A DNA stretch of 64,000 nt from Camelus dromedarius (lineage: Eukaryota), in contig NC_087447.1 in NCBI RefSeq assembly GCF_036321535.1, positions 35,156,001 through 35,220,000 on the forward strand. Reading direction: 5' to 3'. Shown piece after piece: positions 1 through 13,845 of the stretch (its first letter is position 1; each line of letters opens with the position of its first letter). Under the pieces are notes generated by a model, which was given only the letters and a program-made list of their open reading frames with translations, was not told the DNA's origin and ran no database searches. The translations under genes were made by a program, and so were the position numbers.

Positions 1-3000
1 ATCGAGGAGAGGACTAGGTCTAATCTTGGCATTTCTAGCCGCCTCAGGTGAACTGTGACCTTTATAGAAAGCCAGGCGACTGTGCCTCAGCTTGGTTCCC
101 GTTTTGAGTATTAATGGCTTTAGCTGGAGACTTATTTGGAAGGTCTTATTCGATGCTGTATGGTAGCATTTGCCTTAATGTATTTTATAAGCGAAACAGA
201 ATGTAAATTCCAGGATTTAAAGGTGTTTTTCAAAATAGGGATTTGAAAATTTAACATCAGTATAACTTGATCCATTTTAATGTAATAATTTCAGCAAAGT
301 TGTTTGATGTGTTTGTGTGTGAAAAATCCAGACTAGTTATAAAAAGACCCTTTAGCTTGTATTAGTTCAGATGACATCTACACAGATAAATGGGACACTT
401 TAAACTGCTGCGTATGATTGACCACGTATTTAAATGTCTAACCATATCATTTGGGTCCTCAATCTCTGGGAGAAGGATTGTCCTATCTTATAGGAACCAT
501 GACAAAATTTCATATAAGATGTAATAACACAAATTCTTATTTGAAACAAGTTTTAAAATTCCTATTGTTAATACAAACTTATAAAATGGTTACTTAATGA
601 TACACCATCTTCACTACCCATTGTTTTGCAAATCACCCTTTGGGCACAAAATTCTTCTTTTTTTTAATGGGTTTAGTCCATAATTAAATTTAAATTAAGT
701 TTTGATTTTTAATGGCTTTGAGAATTAACAGAGATAGTTATAAAAATTACTTCAGTTGAGTAAGCCTCCAGAACCTAAAAACCCACTTCTATTTCTGTTG
801 ATGCAGCAAAATACCACATTTCTGTTGATGTGGCAGAATACATTTCTACACATATACCTGCAACCTGCATACACACGCTCACACATACACTTACACGTTA
901 CGCACAAAATTCTAAATTGTTACAGAAGTTAGCCCTTTTTGTTCTCATCTAGGACTTAATAAATTAGTACAATGTAAGAAACTAGAGATTTTGATTTACC
1001 CTAAATTTTGTCCAAATAAACAGGTAAGTCTTTAAGTCATACTGAGAGGAAAGCAAGTTGTCTTGCTGAGAAAGGGAGGTGAGTGCTTTTGAATGGTGAG
1101 GAGTCAGGCATATAATTAAAGGAGTTAGGATTCTTGTTCCAAAGCAGAATGGGAGAAAAGAGTGGAAGACTCCCATCTGGTGGTTTTAATCTTTAAAGAT
1201 GTTCTGAAGAGTTTTGCCTTTGTGGGAAGATGGCAAAAGAGGGCTTAGGGCTTTAAGAAATATCAGAAGGATTGAGGATTGGGTTAGGGTGTGGCAGGTG
1301 AGGCCTTTAGAATTAGAAGTCCTGGTGATCTGACAGAAAGAGAGGCCACCTCTCAGGCAGGCAGCCTGTATACTGGAATATAAGAGATGGGCAAGGAGTT
1401 GGGACTTGAGTGATGTTCACTGGGAGCAGGAGTGGTAGAAAGAGAAGTCAAAGGTACGAAAAGGAATGAGTGGAGATATGAATTGGTGAATTTGGGGAGG
1501 TTGCTGGAGTCATCTTCGTGTCTGTACAGGAGGATGTGAATAAAGAGGTTGTCAGAGAGGAAAACGGTAAGAAAATTTGAGGCAAATGAGCCTGGAGGAG
1601 ATGCAGCAGCTGGTAAATTGATGAGAACACTTTGGAAAAATCCAGTATTAAGAGGCCAGGGATGTGCAAAACAAGACCTCAGTTTTCATAGGAGACAAGT
1701 TGTTGCCCTCTTGCTTTACAGTTCTGAATTCCAAAAGGACACACTGTCTGTAAGTTAATAGTTTTGCTTCTTAGAAATATAAAATAAATAGCTGACATAT
1801 TTCTGTAAGATCAGAAGTGAATCCTGGAAACTATATATTGTATAGATTCGTATGTTCAAAGTCAACCAGAAGTATCAATTGCCTCTGTGTAGATGCTGGA
1901 GGATGGCTACTGTTTGGGCTCTCCTCAGCAGGAGGTTTCTAGCATGAAAGCGGGAGACCTTTAGTGGGAGAAGGAGTGAACACTGAGAGTCTGATATTGG
2001 GCTCTTCCCTTCAGCACATACAAAGCAGTGCTTAGGGCAGATGGACAAAGGACACTCCTCAGGAATACCTGGCCGTGGGAGATACTGTCTTTACCCATTT
2101 TCACTTGCAAGAAGGGCAGAACCCAAGTCAGAAAAAACATAAGTTCTTCTGTGGTGGAAACAAGAAGAAGAGGGGGAAAAAAAACCCAGAACTTTAGACT
2201 TTGACTCTTTCGACACCTATGACACCTGAGAATGCCAAGGTCTCCCAGTGTCATTTACAAAACCCCAGAAAAGCATGAAGTGTATCCAGGGTGTGGACCA
2301 GCTTCTGAGAGAAAACAACTTTACTAATCAAATACTAAACAGTAGAGTGACCAGACGAGTGTATAGAATAACAAGAATTGTGATCAGATGGGACACTGCA
2401 GAGCATGTCTAGTGCTGGTTGTGGTGTAGTTTGGATGGTGCAGTTTTTAGAAAAAGGGTACTTTGCTTGATAGCAGGAAGGCACCTTGCTTGGGACCAGA
2501 AAGGGGCCTATATAGTAGACAGGAACATAAGTGGTGAGACTTAGGGTACAGTTTTACAAACTGACTTGAAGGGTTTTTACCCCTGGTAAGTAGAACTCAG
2601 TGTCAAGGTGATAAAAATTTTCAGCTCAAAGTGGAAGTGATACTTTGTTAGTCTGTAATCATTCTTTATTCATTGTAAGCAATAAAGTTTAAATATCATT
2701 CCCCACATGGTATCAAATATCATCAAACATAATTAAAAATCAAAATACCATTTATACTTTTGCTGATTTAGGACCCTAACTGAAGAACACTGATAGTCAT
2801 AAAGAGTATCCATACTTATGTTAAAGGGAGGGCCTTTCGAAGGAGATATCTGAGGGGTAAGTTTATTTGATCTGAAATGTGCAAGGAAATTAAGTAAGAC
2901 ACTGATTAAGAAGGTACATCTGAGAGAGAATAGTAAAGAATCTGAGAATAAACAGAAGTTTAACAGAAGAGAATTTTGCTTATCTGTTCTTTCCTGTTCT

Positions 3001-3485
3001 TTTGGTAGAGGATAAAGGAGTAAAAGTCTTACAGAAGGGAAGCCGTGTTAAGCTGTACTTCAGGGAAACTGCCCATTCTCAGTCTTCTTACTGGCCTCTT
3101 CTCTAGGTTCCTGTCTCCTTCAGGTTAGCAGTAAAGCCTGAGAATGGACTTGACCTGAATCTTTCCTTGGTATAAACTTGTCTCATTTGTTGGCGATTTA
3201 AGAATAATTGTAATCTTTAGGGACATAGCCTCTGCCTCGAGAAAATGTTGTTTTGCACTGTAAACTGAGAAAGTGGTTAAATATGGGTTAATAGTAATCT
3301 CTTGCAGGGAAAGTATTTCTGAATCGACTCAGATTAAAGTTATTTTTTATGAAGTTGTGACATGTAACATAAAATTTTTCTTTCCTCCTACTTTGAAAAT
3401 GTTGGCTTATATTTTGTTCTATTTTGTGATGGTTTCTGTGAAAAGAACAGAAGGAGGAAGTGTTTTTGCCCTTTTTCTCCTGCAG

Positions 3486-3688
3486 GTCCCAGTAGGGACG
3501 GCACAATCAGTGAGGACACCATCCGAGCCTCTCTCATCTCAGCAGTCAGTGACAAACTGAGATGGCGGATGAAGGAGGAAATGGATCGTGCCCAGGCGGA
3601 GCTCAATGCCTTAAAACGAACAGAGGAAGACCTGAAAAAAGGTCACCAGAAACTGGAAGAGATGGTTACACGTTTAGATCAAGAAGTA
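3486..3688 (+). CDS. TSG101: TSG101 (ESCRT-I subunit) third-to-last coding exon, coiled-coil region
   Basis: Acceptor ctcctgcAG (3484-3485) and donor GTaagt (3689); 203 nt; translates GPSRDGTISEDTIRASLISAVSDKLRWRMKEEMDRAQAELNALKRTEEDLKKGHQKLEEMVTRLDQEV, recognisably TSG101. Confidence 0.97.
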
Positions 3689-4922
3689 GTAAGTAACTCA
3701 TTGAATAGTTGCATTATTTAGATTGAATTGTAGCCATGGCAAGTGTCTATATGTACTTTGTTTACCCTGAACATTGTGGGAATAGTTGAAGAATTCAGAA
3801 AATTATACATGTCTTTTGGGCATTTGAACATAGCTCCTCTGGAGCTTTGTTTAAAAATGGAGACTGTGCTTACAATGTGGTCTTTGATTGTTAAGTGGAT
3901 GTATTTAGAGGATTTTTGCTTGCACCTTCACCCTGAGGAATAATGTTTTACCCAAAGGAAGACTGTTTTAAGTGCTTGATGTTACCAGATAGTTACTAGG
4001 AAATAAGAATTTTAGAGAACTCTAGCCGTGATAAAAATGTGCAGGCCTTGGGTGCAAGCCTAAGGGTCAGTTCTTTTTTGTCTCCAAACGTTGTTTGAAC
4101 TATATTTAAAGTATCTTCAGTGAGTCCTTCTAACTTAATAATCCATAGAGTATACAACTTTCAGCTCGTAAGCTTTCTCACATTTTTATCAGTGTAAGTC
4201 AGCCCTATGACTTCTTTTGAATGACCAAGTAGAGGCACTAGCACAATCTGAGCACTAGCATCGCTCTTCATTTCCATGAGGAAGAATTTATTCCAGTAAA
4301 GGTGCATTTTTGATGAAAGGGTAGAGTTACTGAATGTTTAAGGGCGTTGGGGAAAGTGGTTTGTATGTACACATTAATCTAACAAAATGGTTCTAGTGTG
4401 TAAAGTGAGCTCTGCAGTAGCCAGCTATTTTCAAAAGTTCAGGAAAGTGACACCAGTACGGTTCAGAGCCTGCAGCCACCACCTGCTGTATCTTGTGACT
4501 AAAGTTCAAGTGTTTGGAGTTCTATGCGTTGAATCCTCTGTATAGGCTGGGGGGAAGTTATTCCTCTGAGGCAGGTGCCCACTTGTTTTGAAAGAAGGAT
4601 CTCTTTTATGATTTTCATGTTAAGGAACCTCTGGCTGAAAAGTATCTTGTCTCATGGCTTAGTTTGCAATATCATTTGTCACTTATAAGTGACAAGTTTA
4701 TCACTGCCATCAGAAGTGCTCAGCTGTTTTCACTCAGCATGTTAGAGCACATGTTTTCCTCTAACTTTGAGCAGTGTGTTATATTTGAAACATGAAATCT
4801 CATCCATGAATTGTTTAAGCGTTGTTTTATTAGCAAGTCTGTTTCTCTGAACTTGAGTTGTAGATGTCTGACAAGCAGATAACAATGTACAATTCATCAT
4901 GCTTGGACTGTTCTGTTTTCAG

Positions 4923-5162
4923 GCTGAGGTTGATAAAAATATAGAACTTTTGAGAAAGAAGGATGAAGAACTCAGTTCTGCTCTGGAGAAAATGGAAAAT
5001 CAATCTGAAAACAATGATATTGATGAAGTTATCATTCCCACAGCCCCACTTTACAAACAGATCCTAAATCTGTATGCAGAAGAAAATGCTATTGAAGACA
5101 CTATCTTTTACTTGGGAGAAGCCTTGAGGCGGGGAGTAATAGACCTGGACGTCTTCCTGAAG
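4923..5162 (+). CDS. TSG101: TSG101 penultimate exon (internal PTAP motif, start of steadiness box)
   Basis: AG at 4921-4922, GTatgt at 5163; 240 nt; AEVDKNIELLRKKDEELSSALEKMENQSENNDIDEVIIPTAPLYKQILNLYAEENAIEDTIFYLGEALRRGVIDLDVFLK. Confidence 0.97.
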
Positions 5163-6447
5163 GTATGTCTTCCTCATTCTGCTTTCTAGGATTTTGGAAC
5201 TTGTTTTAGAGATGCTGGCCTGTCTGAAAACCATAACTCAAGAGGGTTTCTCTGTAGGAGATAAGTTAAAATTCTGTCTTCCCAAAAGAAAGCAAGTGAG
5301 GTAAGTGGCTGTGAGCGGTGTCTTCTCACCTACCGAGAAGGCTGAGGATCGTCTGAGTAAGGGAAGAAAAGTGGGACAGTGGCTGCAGTTCCCTACCCTG
5401 CAAGGCAGCATCAAGCTAAATGTAATTCTTCCATCTTACTGGGCCTTAGTGGGCCACAAGGCACAATCAGATTTCCATTGATTCTTTCAGGTCACACCAT
5501 CTAAACTGAAATCACTGACTGCCGCACCCTGTTGGTTCCCCAACTCCCCCCACCCCCCATTACTTTTCTTCGACTTGCATAATTTGAGACCTATTTCCCC
5601 AGCTCAAACAGCCCTGCAAAGTATTGGGCTTGCCATGCTGGTACTAGAACCCTTCTGAATGAAGGCTAGTCCAGGCTTAATGTTATTGTACAGACATGAA
5701 GAGCTGTAAGCCAGCTTTGGCTACTGCTCTCTGCTGGGTCATGAAGAGCATGGTCTTGGAAATAATAGCAGCCACCCTTTGGATGTTCAGTCCAGCCACT
5801 GCTGATGCTTCAGTGTACTTGCGAGGCTGGCTGGTCAGGTTGCTTGCTGATCTTGCCTGACTCTCCGTGAGCGAGTGGCTAAAGCACTTTTGGACCTGGT
5901 ACAAGCACAGGAATAGCTGGGACTCAAGAGAGTACTCCCTTCGTATACACGGCCCCCTGCTTGGGTGGCACAGCCTAGGGAAGGACACACATGGAGAGGC
6001 AAGAGAGGTGTGCCGTTTGTTAGGCAGCGGACAAAGCTGGCCTTGTGCTATCACCCCTGCCCTTTCCGCTTTTTTAGACAAGTAGGGACAAACAGTCATA
6101 GTTATCAGAGTTTTTTGTAACTTTTGTTAGGATCACAGTACAAATTTCCCTGGCATCTTGGTTGTCTCAAGATGTAGCTTGAACTCCTGAGCCAGGTCCT
6201 GCAGTGTGGTGCTTTCCCTGGGAAGAAGGCCTTGGTAGGTTCTTAGAAGACTACTTTCCTTAATACAGCCTGCCAGCATCAATCTAGTGAGTTGAAAAAG
6301 CCACGTGTAATGAAGTATTGGTTCCAAAAGAAAGTTGATATGATTTAGGGTTCTTAGATGCCATCTAGGTTACAAACTGTCTGATAGTTCATGCCTGGGA
6401 CTGGATCAGAGCCGGTCTAAACTGTTGAAAAATTTTCCCCCTCACAG

Positions 6448-6537
6448 CATGTACGTCTTCTGTCCCGTAAACAGTTCCAGCTGAGGGCACTAATGCAAAA
6501 AGCAAGAAAGACTGCCGGTCTCAGTGACCTCTACTGA
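6448..6537 (+). CDS. TSG101: TSG101 last coding exon
   Basis: Acceptor ctcacAG (6446-6447); HVRLLSRKQFQLRALMQKARKTAGLSDLY followed by TGA (6535-6537). Confidence 0.97.
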   Translation, partial: HVRLLSRKQFQLRALMQKARKTAGLSDLY

Positions 6538-6773
6538 CTTCTCTCACATCAGCTGGAGATTGAGCTCTTCTCAAAACAGTTCTTTTCTTCTTTTCCTTTC
6601 TCTTTTATCAGTAGGTGCCCAGAATAAGTTATTGCAGTTTATCATTCAAGTGTAAAATATTTTGAATCAATAATATATTTTCTCTTTTCTTTTGGTAAAG
6701 ACTGGCTTTTATTAATGCACTTTCTATCCTCTGTAAACTCTTTTTGTGCTGAATGTTGGGACTGACTATGCTA

Positions 6774-6779
6774 AATAAA
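6774..6779 (+). terminator. TSG101: TSG101 polyadenylation signal AATAAA
   Basis: AATAAA about 240 nt after the stop codon, followed by U-rich sequence. Confidence 0.75.
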
Positions 6780-8053
6780 ATTTGTTGCATAATATTTCTC
6801 TTCTTTATTGAACATCTTTAAGAAAATTATATGAAACCTTAATAAGAAGCTCGGCTTCTAATTTAGTAAAGCATAGTATCCACTGTGAGTTGAAATTTAG
6901 CATTATTTATCTTATAGCATCTAAAATGAATTTTACTCAATACAGGATATAATACCACATAGAAATCTAAAAATTTTCAAATATTTGAAATTGAGGGATT
7001 TGAGTGACTTTTTCTGTGGAAAAAATCTGTCCTGGGTGGTACCCTCCTACGAGTTCCTGCCTGGATTTGTTTCCTTTCTAGGCCTCGCAGAACCATAACT
7101 GTTTACGTCAAGAAGAAAGGAACAGAGTGGCAAGTGCCCAGCTACACACCTGAGAATTTGTGTTAACTAGGCAAGATGGTTTGGCCACAATTGAGGAAGG
7201 TACAGTGTACACTGCCTTCCTGCATTTATTGTCATTTGAAGTCAGTCTTCCTGGTGAATGATTCAATAGCCAAGATTGTGGCCACCCAGTGATCCACATG
7301 TCCTGTAGAGCTCATCTAGTAGAACAGGATTTTCTCTGTCAAAATGAGACAGCTAGAAGGTTCACGAGGTATAAAGGAATTAACATTCTAATTTGAGATG
7401 TTTTAAGATATTTAGTGGGCCAGGCAGCCTACTCTGTACTTCTTCCAAGAGAAGAAAGACCAATTTGGTCCCACTCATCACTGAAGAGTTCATACAGTTT
7501 AGATATTTTCTTAAAAAATTAAAATCTACTTGTAAAAATTATCAGAATAAAAACTAGCAAGGTTTAATGTTTAGTGTTAGGATTAAAGTTAACATTTAAA
7601 TAAGTTATTTTTGTATATACATACTTTTATTTTTACATGGTAGGGCAAGTTACAGCTTTTTTATAGCATATAAATGAACATAGGTATCAGCCAGCCTGAA
7701 CGAAACAATTAGCATATGCTTGATGAAAAGAATCAGAATTTCTAAATACAATAAACACACATCATACATCCTTTTTGACTAGATGGCAACTTAACATATA
7801 TAATATAAAAGGCAAGCACTGGGACATTAGAGGCACCAGAACACCTTCTTTGATCAGTCACTTGGGAACTATAAAAAATAAGTATCATCCAACATTTGGA
7901 TGCTGAATAAAAGAGCTGAAGAGCTAAATAAAGTAGTCAGTCTCCCCCTTTTTCCAACTTACAGGAATTCAAATTAATTCAGAAGTTTGACGTATGTAAT
8001 CCTGTAACTACTATCTCTTTTATGGTAATTCAGAATGGTAGTTTTAAGCAACT

Positions 8054-8218
8054 TTAAAGCTTGAGCTCCTTCTGAACTTTCCAAAGTGTTTCTGCACCCT
8101 TTTTCAAACGGGCCTCCTCTTCAGGGGTCAGCTTTACCTTTACGAGTTCAGGTGATTTCATTCTCTCCCAGGATACAAGGAACACAAAGGAATAGTGTTC
8201 ATTTATTCCACAGAGGCC
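8054..8218 (-). pseudogene. LDHAL6A: LDHAL6A pseudo-exon 7 (last)
   Basis: AG acceptor 8219-8220; GLCGINE...ELVKVKLTPEEEARLKKGAETLWKVQKELKL-TAA; internal -1/+1 indel pair shifts the FLCVPCILGENEIT segment out of frame. Confidence 0.92.
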
Positions 8219-9098
8219 CTGAAAGTAAAGACTTAAAAATGACTCCTTTTTCTTTCTTCTAACAAAGGCCTGCAATTTGAGAAACAACAGTAGCTGGGTG
8301 AATGAGTAAACAAACAGATTTGTAGCATGAACTGTGGCAGAAAAACAGACCACACAAGATAGAACACAACAGTAACACGTTGATTGCCATGTCACCCAAA
8401 TGTGGGTGACAGCTGTGTTTCCTCAGGGGCACCCAATCCACACTGGGCGAACATTAAAACAGATGATTAGACATATTTACTATTCAAATTCATCAGCCAT
8501 CTTTCCACATAAGCTCTGACCTCTTGCCATGTTTGCTGGGACCCATGCTCCTTTTCCTATCTCCTTGCCCCCAAACCACTTCAAAATCCCTATTACTTTA
8601 TTCCTGGTGATTTAATTCCATTTTGCTTTACCTTCTCCCATTCAGACTAGCAGAGGGATCAGGCCCCAGTTTCCCCCTCCCCAGGAGACTAACTGCTCAT
8701 ACTTTTCTGACCAGTGCTGCTTTCTTAGGTTTCTTCATTGGACCTAGTTGGAACTGTTAGAGAACAACTCAAAATGTAGCAAGACCTTCCCACAGTGGTT
8801 CCCAGCGTTACTAGACAGATACAGAGCTAGTTCACTCAGTTAAATAATAAAGATGCAATAAGACTTAATTTTATCTAATTGAATGTAATAAGAAATACCA
8901 TACTAGGCCAGGGCAAAGGTCTATAAAGATAGGTTTCTTCCACCACTACCACCCACTCCTTTCTCTGTCTCTATCAGCAACAAAGAACAGGTGAGAAAGA
9001 CAGGTGCTTCCACAAGATAAGCTTCAAAAATTATCCCCCATAAATGCTCTTACTCCTGTTTTATGTTGATGTTAATTTTTCAAACATGAACACCCTAC

Positions 9099-9216
9099 CT
9101 TAATGGTAGAAACTGGATGCACTCCTAAGATTCTTCAAAATACTTTCCATTAAATCAGCTACAGATAGGGCAACACCCCAAGAAGTATATCCTTTCTTTT
9201 AATCATCACATAAATA
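9099..9216 (-). pseudogene. LDHAL6A: LDHAL6A pseudo-exon 6
   Basis: [32 protein letters not shown]; 118 nt versus 124 nt in LDHA/LDHC (-1, -2 and -3 deletions); TAG in the shifted frame. Confidence 0.92.
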
Positions 9217-9737
9217 CTGTCCTCAGAAGAAATGAACATAAGTTAAGTATAGAAGAAATACTTGTCACTGAACATCCATTTTGTGGCAGCCTGACAATGC
9301 CACAAAAATGAAATGTTTCCATCAATAATTTCTGCCAGAAATTTCTTATAGGAGTTGGTTATTTAAGACAGAAAAACAGAGCCATAAGGGGAAGTACAGA
9401 GATCCAGAAATTAATGTGAAATCAATTTTACCACTAACAGTAAAGACTATAGCAACAATTTAAAAGAATATATTATCAGTCAACAAGTGAGTGCCTACTA
9501 TGTGGTAGATACTGGGTTAGGCTCAGCAATGAGCAAGGCAGACTTAGTCCCTGACTACTTAACAATTTATAATCTGGTGAATATGATCACACAAAAATAA
9601 ACGTACAAGTGCTAGTCAAAGACAAGTACAGGAGCTATAACAACTTATACTTAAGGGACCTAAATCTCATCCCTTTGGCACAACTCACGCTTATAGCTAA
9701 TGTACAAGGTATTGAAAATGTGAAACTAACATGTTAC

Positions 9738-9855
9738 CTGGCAACCACTCCTTTGTGGACATTTTCCTATTGCTCAGGATCTTTATCAGTTCTGTATCTT
9801 AAGTTCAGATCCCTTAGAGAGACCCCAGCAATGTTCACTCCACTCCACACAGGAA
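9738..9855 (-). pseudogene. LDHAL6A: LDHAL6A pseudo-exon 5
   Basis: [42 protein letters not shown] in place of Trp at 9767-9769; acceptor reads AA instead of AG (9856-9857). Confidence 0.92.
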
Positions 9856-10561
9856 TTAAGAAACAAAAAATCCATTTATTACATAGTTTGAACCTTAGCA
9901 AAACTGTTATGATTGCCCTGAGTGGTTTTCAACTAGGAATGCTCAACAAAACTAACAACAAATTCAGATGTCTAAGCCTCACCCCAAATCAGCTAAATTA
10001 AGATCTCCAGGGATGGGGCCCACAATTCTATCATCTTGGCAGAGATTCTCCAAACAAGAAAGTGACAGTTTTAAACTTTCCACTATAAATTGTTTTAACT
10101 TTTATCACTTTAAGTCCCTTTCCATACCCAGGGTTTATATTACATAGATTTCAAGGATTCTTAGCCAGAAGAAACAAGAAAAAAAGGACTGCTGTCGCCA
10201 TAGCACCCTCCTCTTCCCTTTTTCTCCTTTTAATAGGAAGAATTCATGTTACTTGAATTACAGTACCTACCTTTCTGAACTAGAGTGTTCTAAGTTAAAT
10301 ATAAACTACATCTTGTTACTGCTGTATTAAGAAAGCCTTATTAATCTTAATCATTCATGTGTAGGATTAGAGTAACATTCTCATTTTTCTCAAATTTGTA
10401 TTTGGTAAGTTATAAAAATAATCAATGTGCTAAAAATTAAAACACTACTAAAAGGCCCTACCCAGGAAGTATTTTACTTTATGATTAAATATCTGTATGA
10501 TCAACATAGTCTAAATATATTTCAGAGAAGGTGCACGGCCCAGTGGTGCTTTTAGCCTTAC

Positions 10562-10733
10562 CACTTGAGTATCTGTGCTCTAAAAGGACAAACCATGAAA
10601 GCTTTCAGAGCAGACTCCAAGCCTCTCCCTAGTCAAGAGACAGAAAGGGGCACTGTCCAGATTACAATCATTCACAATAACACAGTTTTGGGGAAATGCA
10701 CTTAACTTCCACACTACAAAGTTAAGATACCCA
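10562..10733 (-). pseudogene. LDHAL6A: LDHAL6A pseudo-exon 4
   Basis: VGILT/VVWKLSAFPQNCVIVNDCNLDSAPFCLLTRERLGVCSESFHG/VLLEHRYSS; 172 versus 174 nt (two -1 deletions); DSARF changed to DSAPF; AG and GT intact. Confidence 0.9.
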
Positions 10734-12876
10734 CTGAGAAGAAAAAAATCAAGTCAGAAAAAGTTCTCATCTAAAATGATACACTTTTTTAGATTTACCT
10801 AAATTAAAACCGATAAATCTGATGTTTTGTTGGGGGGAAAAACACAGTTCCCTGTCCAACTCCAGCTATACCACAGTTTCAACAGTATCTACGCAATAGA
10901 AATAAATTATGAAAAACTTTTGTTGCTAATGTGCATAGACTATTGTGCAGAAACACACACATTCATTCATAAAAAATTTAAGAAACACAAATCAACACTC
11001 CCTTATCAAGTCTTTTAAAAAATAATTTTTCTCAGAATAATCCATTTAGAGCAAAAATCTTAGTTAAGAGGGGAACAGAGAGAAACGAGTATAAACAGAA
11101 TATAATTGTTAGGCAAAACAGACCTTAGTGCCACAAGGCATGGTAAAACAAATTTTCGTATAGTCTGATGTTTTGGGTATGAACTATTTAAAACATTATT
11201 TTAACAGATCTTTCTTACTGAATTAAAAAAGTGGCAACTATTAGCCAAAAGGCTAGTGTGGCTATAGTAATGGTAAACAAAAGAGAATTTTAAACAATAA
11301 AAAAGCATTAATAGGGATAAACAGAGATATTGCATAATAATATAGGAAATAATCCAACAATATACAATAATCATGAACTTAGATACAACTCGTAAAATAG
11401 CCTCAATATACACAGGAAGAATTTGGAAAATGCAAGGTGGATTTGACTCATAATTACAGTAGACAATTTAACTACCTTTATCAGTAACTGATAGATCAGT
11501 AATAATTAAATAATCAGATATTAGTAATAATTTAAACTAAACAATAATATTAGTAAGTGTAAATGGATAGCTATAGAAAGATCATCATCCCCAAATACAT
11601 AAGGAACATTTACAAAGACTGTCTACTAATAGGTCACAAAATAAGCCTTAACAGACTTCAAAGAGCTGATGTTAACTCACACTTTTCTGACTTCAATTTC
11701 CTAAGTTGTGAAGGATTCGGAATAGCCAAAACAACCTTGAACAAGAACAAAATTGAAGGATTTAACACCTCCCGATTTCAAAACTTACCACAAAGCGACA
11801 GTAATCAACATATCTCTAAATACTAATACGGAGTGATCTTCATCACCACGATTTGAAAAAAGAATAGAGAAAAGTGTACATAGAAATACTAAACTATACA
11901 TGATAAAACAAAAAATATAAATGGTTATCTAAAAAGAGATGGAGGCTATAGGGAAAAGGACAGGGATGGAAGACAGACTTTGAATAATTCTTGATCTCTG
12001 GATTTGATGTTGAAGCCATGTAAATACTTCATAAAATTATAAAACAATATTTAAATAGCAGTTCCTCAATTACAAAATCTAAATGAACAAAATCATGTAC
12101 TAAGTTTTGTCCTACCTACAGAGAAAAACTATTCCAAATGACTTTAAAATATAGTAATTTGACTGAATATCCCAACTTAGCCTAGATTTCTGAGTTTCAG
12201 TCTCATAATCAGCTACCAGCTACCTGTTTGATATTTCCTCTTGAATGCCTTTTCAGATATCTCAAATTTAACATGTCCTAATTGGAAATCTTGATTTTTC
12301 TCCCCTAAACCCAACACTCCCTCCTACCTCTTCACTGACTCCTACCTCTTTGAAAGCATCCCAACCCAGGTAAATGGAGCCACCATTCCAATCAATTGCT
12401 CAAGGTAAAAACCTAGAAGTCATTTTTTACTCTTCCCTGTCCCTCATTATACAAATTCTCTATCAGCAGTCCTGCATATTATCTCCAAAGTATAACTTGA
12501 ATTTGTCCACTCTGTGCATGTACCTGTGAAGAGTCTAGTACAATTTTGGAAAGTTAATAAATTATAGTGCTTTCACTTCAGCACCCTCAGCAATCTGGAA
12601 AACAGCTCAGCTGTGAAAGTCTTTAGAAGGTAAACCTTGAGAATCCTGTGATTAAGCAAATCATCTTTTCATATACACTAGTATTTAAAGAAATCTTCAT
12701 TATGGTACACACACTGATTACAACTATGCAAAATATATGTTAAAGTAACAGGAAGAGATTCTGGTTATATTGGTAGTTTAGTGTTTAATACTCATTAAAT
12801 TATTTTTTCTACCACATTACTAAACCAACTCTCATAAAAAAAAATTTATTCACTGAACAGCCAAAATAAAGGTGAC

Positions 12877-13046
12877 CTAGATTGGAAACAATCAGTTTGC
12901 AGTGGGGACTATATTGGATAATACTGGAAATCATAAATTTAAACATGGACTTATTTCACTGAATTAAATCAAGGCATGATTCTCTTTTTATCTGGCCTGC
13001 ATCTACTGTGATAATCACTATGTTGAGTTTGCAGTGACAAGGTAAT
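12877..13046 (-). pseudogene. LDHAL6A: LDHAL6A pseudo-exon 3
   Basis: DYLVTANS/NIVIITVDAGQIKRESCLDLIQ*NKSMFKFMISSIIQYSPHCKLI-VSNL; 170 versus 174 nt; in-frame TGA; active-site loop Arg (ESRL) changed to Cys. Confidence 0.9.
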
Positions 13047-13845
13047 CTGGGGAAAGATTCAAACAGAAAACAGATTATGGGAGAAAACATCTGAACATTT
13101 AAGTATACATTTCCTGTTTAGCTCAATAACCACACTTTTTACTAAAGAGTAGGCTCTCTTAGATCTTCTACTATGCCCACAGCACTCTTACTTTCAGGAA
13201 ATTAGTACTAAGTTTTCCTTGTACATTTGTTTTAACAACCTCCTAACACATTTTGCACTTTATAGTCTAGACCTCTTGGTCAACATGTACATTGGTCTGG
13301 TAAATGAGAATGTTTACTCAGAGACAGATTTGGTGTGAAAAGACCCTTGAACAAGAAGATATTGGTTCATTCATTTGTTCACACAATTATCTCCTGGGTG
13401 TTAAGTAAATAAAATACAATACTTAAGATCTTAGGCTTTTGAGTCAAAAGAATTGGGTTCCAATCCTTGCTCCACCACTTTTATTTAACGTCAGTTTGCA
13501 GGTGCATTATCTGTGAAACATCATAGAATTGTGCTGAGCTTATTAAATAAAATTAAAGTGCTTTAGCTCAGTGGCTGGCACAAAATGGGCAATGATTAAT
13601 GATACCTGTCGTGATAACTGCTATTACTGCTGCTCACAGGAACTCAACCTGCTGTTGTAAAAAACCCTGTAAACAAATTAAATACAACCTAGTGAAATCT
13701 GAACAACAAGTTATGAGAGTACGGAGTAGGGAGCAATCAGCTTTGTAAGACTGGGGAAGTCATCATAAAGTAAAATAAAGATGATTTTATTAGATATTTA
13801 TTAATGTACTATTAGAATATTATAGTATTTAGCTATGACATTAAT

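Noticed and set aside
4676..4695. Perfect 20-bp palindrome TTGTCACTTATAAGTGACAA in a TSG101 intron
   Set aside because: A single AT-rich 10-bp-arm palindrome is not improbable in 64 kb and has no supporting context
5683..6099. 138-aa minus ORF and overlapping plus ORFs in the last TSG101 intron
   Set aside because: No recognisable homology and no convincing splice context
8390..8411. 9-bp stem hairpin TGTCACCCA-AATG-TGGGTGACA
   Set aside because: Too short for a miRNA or snoRNA and expected by chance
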